A DNA stretch of 64,000 nt, taken from the NCBI GenBank assembly GCA_044229845.1, contig JBGASG010000011.1, positions 32,001-96,000 on the forward strand, written 5' to 3'. The notes below the pieces were generated by a model. That model was given only the letters and a program-made list of their open reading frames with translations. It searched no databases and was not told where the DNA came from. The stretch is from Candidatus Obscuribacteraceae bacterium. GTDB lineage: Bacteria; Cyanobacteriota; Vampirovibrionia; Obscuribacterales; Obscuribacteraceae. Positions 57,864 through 64,000 of this stretch are shown here, piece after piece; within the stretch, counting starts at the first letter, position 1; every line of letters begins with the position of its first letter. The position numbers were made by a program, and so were the translations under genes.

Positions 57864-58466
57864 CTAAGCGACGTCTTCAATGCCGCTTAGTCTGTCCAGA
57901 ATATTACTTCGCTCGGCGGCGGAAGTCACAGGACTCACCCGTGTGTGTGGTATTAACGGTAGCAACTTCTCCAGCTCTGTGGTGCGTATGGAAGGGGTGC
58001 TCAAGACATGGATCACAGTTTCGTCGCCGCAACGTTCCACTATCACCACCTGGCAGGAAGTATTCAACGCAAGTTCTTCTGCTAGTTTGACATTGAAGAG
58101 GCTCATTCCGAGAACGATCACATTGTCTGCACTGGCTTTCTCCGCGAAAAATTGCGCCGGTCTGGCAAGCTGAATTTCATCATCGAGCATGACGCCGCAT
58201 CCTGCAGCCCTTGCCTCCAGTGATTGCATCAATGCACGGCAAATGTCGCACACGATTTCTACAATTCTCTCGCAGCCCTGCAGATAGATTCCGCTTCCGC
58301 ATAATCCAGCGTTCCCAGAAAAACCTGTGGCGTCAAGGATGCTGTTTTGATCGACGAATGCGTAGGCTTTCAGTCCATTACCGAGTTCTTTAGAAAGCGC
58401 AATGGCAATTCGAGCGGCGTCCAAGATCTCCGGGCTACCATCGACAACCAGGCTTATGGTAAACAT
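57864..58466 (-). CDS. Divergent universal-stress-protein-like protein
   Basis: LVVDGS near the N-terminus, VIVLG, SCQVVIV; GGAGG SD. Confidence 0.65.
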   Translation of the reverse strand: MFTISLVVDGSPEILDAARIAIALSKELGNGLKAYAFVDQNSILDATGFSGNAGLCGSGIYLQGCERIVEIVCDICRALMQSLEARAAGCGVMLDDEIQLARPAQFFAEKASADNVIVLGMSLFNVKLAEELALNTSCQVVIVERCGDETVIHVLSTPSIRTTELEKLLPLIPHTRVSPVTSAAERSNILDRLSGIEDVA

Positions 58467-58619
58467 ACCCCGAACCTCCGCGGTGGACAATATTCCGCAA
58501 TGCAAGCAGGCATTAACGTAACTCTAATATTTCCGGTCCGACCCGGCATCCATCAGAGGGACGAGATTTCAGCAAGATTTCAATCGCCGATACCTACATT
58601 GGGCGATTGTCTGGGAGAG

Positions 58620-59795
58620 TTAGCACGATTCAATTTCTTTGCTGAAGCTCTCCTGCAAGATTCGTTGCTGTGCCATGGCCTGCTCGTCGCACTCGTCGTA
58701 AAGGCAAAGCGGATCCTGGGCGAGGTAATCGTCATAGCCAGCGAAGGCACGGGCTCTAGATCCTCCACAGATTACTTTGAATTTGCATCTTCCACACTTG
58801 CCCTGCAAAAGCGATGGATCTCTCAGTGCGACAAACAACGGATGGTCCCGGTATATTTCCACTACGGACTGCTTGCGCACGTTAGCGCTGCTCACAGGCA
58901 AGAATCCGCTGGGATGAACATCGCCGTTGTGCGAAATGAACAGCACGCCACGGCCATCATTAACCGACCGGTAAGCACGCAGCGCACCCAGTCTCATAGT
59001 CGGCGATAAAGTGGCGATGTCCTCTGGAACAGGAGACTCCCTGGAGACATATTCGATCAACACGCGGCGGAAAAATGGACCCGCCGTCGCTTTAACATCA
59101 AAGGGAGCCACGCAGGCCAACTTGGCCATCTTGATCATAATCTCTTCCGCTTCGACGGGTTCGATTTGCATATCTTCCGTTGCCCGACCTGTGGGGACCA
59201 GGAAGAAAATGCTCCACAGGACGGCTCCCAATCTCTGCACCAAACCGCTCATCTCATCGAATCGATCAACGTTTCCTTTCCATACCGTAGTGTTGATCTG
59301 TATGGGCAAATCGGCCTCTCTGGCAAACCCGATTATCTGCATCGACAGCTCGAAAGAGCCGCTCACTCCTCGCATGCCGTCATGACAAAGCTGGTCAGGT
59401 CCATCCAGGCTGATCGCCATGCGTTCCACTCCCGCATCCTTGATACGTTGCACCACATCCCTGCTGGTCGAAGGCGTGGCACTGGGGGTGATCGCTACCG
59501 GAAAATCTCTGTCTCGAGCAGCTTTGATGATCTCGAACAAATCGTTTCGCTGCACCGGATCGCCACCGGTGAAAACAATTAACGGGCGCCCGAATTCCTT
59601 CATCTCATCCAGAAGAGAAGTGCATTCGGCAAGCGATAGCTCTGCAGGATCGTGCGCACGAATGGCTTTGGCGCGGCAATGCCGACAGGCCAGATTACAG
59701 GCGCGGGTAAGTTCCCAGAGCACCAGAAATGGTGCCTTTTCAAAATCGACTCTGTTTTTGGGTGGTCCGGCATTTGATGCTGCAAGTCTAAGCAT
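58620..59795 (-). CDS. Radical SAM/SPASM protein (NirJ/AhbD-like)
   Basis: WELTRACNLACRHCRA, FTGGDP, ISLDG, GKCGRC...CGGSRARA...DPLC; overlaps the narK stop. Confidence 0.9.
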   Translation of the reverse strand: MLRLAASNAGPPKNRVDFEKAPFLVLWELTRACNLACRHCRAKAIRAHDPAELSLAECTSLLDEMKEFGRPLIVFTGGDPVQRNDLFEIIKAARDRDFPVAITPSATPSTSRDVVQRIKDAGVERMAISLDGPDQLCHDGMRGVSGSFELSMQIIGFAREADLPIQINTTVWKGNVDRFDEMSGLVQRLGAVLWSIFFLVPTGRATEDMQIEPVEAEEIMIKMAKLACVAPFDVKATAGPFFRRVLIEYVSRESPVPEDIATLSPTMRLGALRAYRSVNDGRGVLFISHNGDVHPSGFLPVSSANVRKQSVVEIYRDHPLFVALRDPSLLQGKCGRCKFKVICGGSRARAFAGYDDYLAQDPLCLYDECDEQAMAQQRILQESFSKEIESC

Positions 59796-61500
59796 TGCGA
59801 AATTCCTTTGTACGCAAGTAGAAGAACCAATTAAGTAGCACGCAGACCAGATAGAATGCTGTGAAGCCGTACAATGCCACTTCAGGCGAGCCCAGCTTGA
59901 TCTGCTCGCCGAATTCCATCGGAATGATGAAGGCACCATATGCTGCTACGGCGGAAGACCAACCTAAGACCGGACCGGCTTGCTCTTTACTGAACACCAC
60001 TGCAACTGTTCTGAATGTCGACCCGTTACCGATTCCCGAGGCAAAAAACAGCACCAGGAAAAGAAGGAAGAAAGGCAGAAAATATTGCTCCGGCGTTGCG
60101 GACTGATAGGCCAACTTCATGAAGTAAGCCACACCCAGACCTGCCGCTACCATGAGCACTGAAACAGCCTGTGTTACCTTGGCGCCGCCGAACTTGTCAG
60201 CCAACCATCCACCAATCGGTCTGATCAGAGCACCTATAAAAGGCCCAATCCACGCAAACATAAGGGCGCTAGGGGCATTCGGGTTAGCGATGTGCGTCCA
60301 AGCTCCGTCTGCCCCGGGCAGATGGGAAAAGCCAAAGATCAGTTTGATTGATAAGGGCAACGCTGCCGAGAATCCAATGAATGATCCGAAGGTCATGGTG
60401 TAAATGATGGTCATCACCCATGTGTGATGATTGCCAAAAATCTTGTACTGCCTGTTGAGGTTGTCTTTCAATCCAGGAAGCATTTTGAGCAAGAATACCG
60501 TGGCAAAAATCTCGGCCGGCAAAATTATCCACTTGCTGAGATTGAATCCGGCACCCGATGCAGTGGCTGGAAGCATCAACCAGAGCGCCACTGCCGATGT
60601 AATGAACCCGATGCTCAACATGAGCGATATTCGAGCAAATGCTGCAGCCGGGCTTCCGAGGCCGGGCGACACCTGCTCGTCCTTGATATTGTTCATGCCA
60701 AACCAGGAAAATATCGCCAACGGTATCAATAAGGCGAGCCATATAAATGAGCCATTAGCTATGAAACTCTCCGCGCCAGGCGGAATTTTGCCAAACAAAG
60801 TACCACTAGCAGACTTGAGGATAAGCGGTGCCTGCCAGGCAAAACCAAAAGTCATCGCCAACGGTACCAACACTTGCATGGTCGTTACACCAAAGTTTCC
60901 CAGTCCCGCATTCAGACCAAGAGAAAGCCCCTGCATCTTTTTCGGAAAGTAGAAACTGATGTTGGACATTGAGGAAGCAAAGTTACCGCCGCCAATTCCA
61001 GATAGCAATGCCATTGCCTGGAAGACCCATAGTGGAGTAGCGGTGCTCTGCAACGCAATACCTGTCCCAATAACGGGAATCGTCAATAGCGCGGTCGTAA
61101 ACCAGATTGTGTTCCTGCCTCCCGCCAGACGAATAAAAAACGTGCTGGGAATGCGCAGAGTCGCACCAGCCAGCCCGGCGATTGAAGTTAACGTGAAAAG
61201 CTGGTCTTGAGTAAAGGGAAAACCCAGATTGAGCATCTGGACAGTAAGCACCCCCCACGCCATCCATACCGCGAAAGCACACAATAAACTCGGGATTGAA
61301 AACCAGAGATTGCGAAATGCTATTGCCTTGTCGTGGGCTTGCCACTGAGTGTCGTCCTCTGGGTTCCAATTAGTCAAATTGCCCGAGTCGATGCGCGGCG
61401 CGCCGGCCTTCCCGGAGTTGTCCAGGCTGAATTCTCTTTGCTCACCACCTGCTTGATCTAGGCTTTCTTGACTCCGATGTGAGGCTACCATGAGCTTCAT
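59788..61500 (-). CDS. narK: NarK-family nitrate/nitrite MFS transporter
   Basis: WNPED, GATLRI, GIGGGNFASSM, FGSFIGFS, RPIGGWLAD, GIGNGSTF. Confidence 0.93.
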   Translation of the reverse strand: MKLMVASHRSQESLDQAGGEQREFSLDNSGKAGAPRIDSGNLTNWNPEDDTQWQAHDKAIAFRNLWFSIPSLLCAFAVWMAWGVLTVQMLNLGFPFTQDQLFTLTSIAGLAGATLRIPSTFFIRLAGGRNTIWFTTALLTIPVIGTGIALQSTATPLWVFQAMALLSGIGGGNFASSMSNISFYFPKKMQGLSLGLNAGLGNFGVTTMQVLVPLAMTFGFAWQAPLILKSASGTLFGKIPPGAESFIANGSFIWLALLIPLAIFSWFGMNNIKDEQVSPGLGSPAAAFARISLMLSIGFITSAVALWLMLPATASGAGFNLSKWIILPAEIFATVFLLKMLPGLKDNLNRQYKIFGNHHTWVMTIIYTMTFGSFIGFSAALPLSIKLIFGFSHLPGADGAWTHIANPNAPSALMFAWIGPFIGALIRPIGGWLADKFGGAKVTQAVSVLMVAAGLGVAYFMKLAYQSATPEQYFLPFFLLFLVLFFASGIGNGSTFRTVAVVFSKEQAGPVLGWSSAVAAYGAFIIPMEFGEQIKLGSPEVALYGFTAFYLVCVLLNWFFYLRTKEFRNA

Positions 61501-61676
61501 CCTCTAATTTGGGCGCCAAAATTTGGCAACAATCCAATTGTCCACGTGGTGGCTCAGGCAGGCATTAGGACTGCGGTTGATTTTCTGTAATCGCAAGGGT
61601 GAGAGTTCGCTCAATCCAAAGGTGGATACCAGACAGTGCCCAACGTCTCCGGAAATAGGGCGACATTCTGAGCGCT

Positions 61677-63425
61677 CTAAGGAGAAAGTTGCCTGACAGA
61701 CTCACCAAGTTCGAGCAGCTTCGCTTCTCGGTTCTTCAACTTTTGATGGGGTAAAGCTGACTGTGAGCCCAGGCTGTACACATCCAGCTCGCCCCGCAGG
61801 CGCGCCTGCAAAGTATCCAGAATCCACACGCCCGTGCCAGGAATATACGACGTTGATCCCTGCGCAACTCGCTTAGCAAACAACTGGGCGGCCGTCTTCG
61901 GTCGCTTGACCGGCAAGCGGGATGATGACGCAGATGGGCCCGCAGCTGCTCGCGGCGCAGGCGGTGTCGGGGCAGGTTGCTTGAAACCATAGCCGGCATT
62001 GGTCAACTGGATGCCCCACGCCATCTTGGTGCCGCCAATCGATGCATTAAACAGGCAGCGTTCCAAAAACTCCTTATCCGCTTTTTTCTTTTCAGCGGCG
62101 TTCATCTGGGATTGTTGCTTGAATACCAGATCCGCAGTCTCATAAGCAGAAACACGGGCTGCCAATCGTTCGTCGTGGGCGGTAAGCATGCCCTTCAGCA
62201 CGCTTATGTGCTCACTCAATTGAACCGGTCCGATTTTGCCGCATTCGCGATCGAGCCGTGTTTTCGCACGTTTGGCGGCATAGTTACCGGCAATGCGGCC
62301 AATAATGGGACCCGTAACGATATTGGCACCAGATATGGTGAAGCCAATGCCGGCCGGTCCAGCCAGTCTTGGGTTACGATCTGCAACCGCTAACAAACCG
62401 CAAAGCGAACCCATATAGCCACCTGTAGTGGCGGCGGACAACTGGTTGAGATATGAGACGTTGCGTGCTCCCAGGCGGCGCTTAGCCCGTACATGAAACT
62501 GGATATACTCAGCCAAAGCCATGTTGCGAAAATCTTTCAGAACGACTCCTTCCGCCGCCAGCATCTGTCGCTCCGACTCAGGCAAAGAGCTCGTACGCGC
62601 GAGTAATTGCTCACGTTCGGCCAGTGTGCGGTCGATGGCTACACACAACTCCATCGCTCGTTTTTGGGTGGCTTTGGCGTCGAGCCCTCGTTTTCGCAGC
62701 TTACAGTCGTTGACGGCATCGAGTAAGGCTTCGATGAGAACGCCTCCGGTCATGATTGAATGACTAGTCAAAAGCAAAATTGGACCAGCCTTAAGTGCTC
62801 CTCGATTGGCTGTTGCAGGTCGTTGCCACGTGCGCCATCTTTCAGCTGCAATTGTGGTGATACCGGCTGTAGCGACTCCGGAGCCGGCCAGGTTGTACAC
62901 GAACACACGCCATGGCTTAATTCGACTCTTATCAGTCGTGGACATGCGGAAGCGGGTATTTAGTATCAACAGCTCCACTTCATCTTGCAAAGCTTGATTG
63001 GCCAAACTATCAATGCGTGCTGTCACTACTGGCAGGTCGCTTTCATCAGCAGACTTACTCTCCGCCCAGTTGTTCACAGCAATCAGTTTTTTGGGGGCAC
63101 CTTTCGCCATTGGCTCGGCCGTTGCCGTATCGTCTTGCGCCAACCCTGCTTCGTGTGCTGAATCGGTTGCGTATGCTGAATCGGTTGTCGCCGTTGCCTC
63201 GTCCGTCACCGCTCCGTCCGCAACATCGATGCTGGTCATTGTTCCGAAAACTTTCGCAGCGCTCCCTGATTCCGAATCTGAAGAAGCCGCAGTAGCACTT
63301 GCACCTGAACAGTGCAACTTCTGCGAAGGTAGCGCCGAAAAATCTTGCGCTCTAGCATAGTTGGTGCTGCCAGTAACCAGACAGCAGACACTCAGAGCAA
63401 CATGAAAGGCTGGGCGGATATTCAT
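61677..63425 (-). CDS. Hypothetical exported/membrane-associated protein
   Basis: Long ORF, signal-peptide-like start, Ala/Ser/Asp linker, alternating coiled and Gly-rich hydrophobic segments. Confidence 0.75.
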   Translation of the reverse strand: MNIRPAFHVALSVCCLVTGSTNYARAQDFSALPSQKLHCSGASATAASSDSESGSAAKVFGTMTSIDVADGAVTDEATATTDSAYATDSAHEAGLAQDDTATAEPMAKGAPKKLIAVNNWAESKSADESDLPVVTARIDSLANQALQDEVELLILNTRFRMSTTDKSRIKPWRVFVYNLAGSGVATAGITTIAAERWRTWQRPATANRGALKAGPILLLTSHSIMTGGVLIEALLDAVNDCKLRKRGLDAKATQKRAMELCVAIDRTLAEREQLLARTSSLPESERQMLAAEGVVLKDFRNMALAEYIQFHVRAKRRLGARNVSYLNQLSAATTGGYMGSLCGLLAVADRNPRLAGPAGIGFTISGANIVTGPIIGRIAGNYAAKRAKTRLDRECGKIGPVQLSEHISVLKGMLTAHDERLAARVSAYETADLVFKQQSQMNAAEKKKADKEFLERCLFNASIGGTKMAWGIQLTNAGYGFKQPAPTPPAPRAAAGPSASSSRLPVKRPKTAAQLFAKRVAQGSTSYIPGTGVWILDTLQARLRGELDVYSLGSQSALPHQKLKNREAKLLELGESVRQLSP

Positions 63426-63655
63426 GACAGGGTCTCGGTGGAGATGCAGCAATGGTTAGAGTGGCACAAACAAAGGCCTTATGGCACACCCTGTAGAACG
63501 AACTGACATCGTCCCGAGGATGCAAATAAACAGATCGAAAGTGCCGAAGTAATACCTCCGGCACTTTCGATCTGGTACAAAGCTGAATTTTGCGCGATGG
63601 GTAAAGCGATACCTGTTTCTGCTTTTACGATAGTCATCGAATGCAAAACAGCGCA

Positions 63656-63671
63656 TCATCCTTTCGGATGA
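63656..63671. promoter_or_regulatory. TCATCC-N4-GGATGA operator candidate
   Basis: TCATCCTTTCGGATGA, intergenic. Confidence 0.65.
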
Positions 63672-63706
63672 TTCCCTCTAATATAGTCGAGAAGCGCTCA
63701 ATCTAA

Positions 63707-64000
63707 TCACTGCTCGGACGTGCCGCTGTGACTCTGGTCACCTTTGATCTTGCTCTTGCGATAACTCAAGCCCATGCCTTTCAAGAGATGCACGAAGCCG
63801 TAGTCAAGCAATACAATGGCAAGAAATGCCAGACCAACGTGCGGCGCATATTTTTGCAAGTTCTGAAGAAACAATGACCAGGGGTCGCCGTGATGCGGAT
63901 TCAAAGCGTCAGTCCCCTGCGCAAACTCCTTGCCATCAGCAATACCGTCCTCGTCCAAATCACTTTGACCAAGTGCGTCCGCCAGCTTCGCCGGGTCGCT
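63707..64000 (-). CDS. Hypothetical membrane protein, C-terminal fragment with DxDxDG Ca-binding-like motif
   Basis: Frame open to the window edge: SDPAKLADALGQSDLDEDGIADGKEFAQGTDALNP, then one TM segment. Confidence 0.7.
   Translation of the reverse strand, partial: SDPAKLADALGQSDLDEDGIADGKEFAQGTDALNPHHGDPWSLFLQNLQKYAPHVGLAFLAIVLLDYGFVHLLKGMGLSYRKSKIKGDQSHSGTSEQ

Overview
Gene-dense bacterial chromosomal window (roughly 55% GC by eye) with no rRNA, tRNA, CRISPR array or intact mobile element. The cyanobacterial-type Ccs1/CcsA pair and group-2-like sigma factor, with no photosynthesis genes here, suggest a non-photosynthetic cyanobacterial relative (Melainabacteria/Vampirovibrionia). That placement is an inference only. 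The region reads as a low-oxygen/nitrosative-stress neighbourhood. It contains hypFCDE, class III ribonucleotide reductase (glycyl-radical domain on a separate small gene), hemA-ccs1-ccsA, a NarK transporter with a NirJ/AhbD-like radical SAM, Ric, an Rrf2 regulator, rubredoxin, two NnrS-like membrane proteins, five hemerythrin-like proteins, three USP-like proteins, and tandem tryptophanase plus tyrosine phenol-lyase. Most notable: (1) an nnrS-like / hemerythrin cargo (WTVGPL targeting peptide) / family 1 encapsulin operon; (2) a palindrome TCATCC-N4-GGATGA and variants recurring about 19 times, almost always between genes; (3) a multi-stem structured RNA candidate in the nrdD leader; (4) a desaturase / stand-alone PaaA-like diiron protein / BoxA-like ferredoxin cluster; (5) a decayed duplicate of a truncated Ccs1 paralog. 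All calls come from manual motif recognition, with no database searches.
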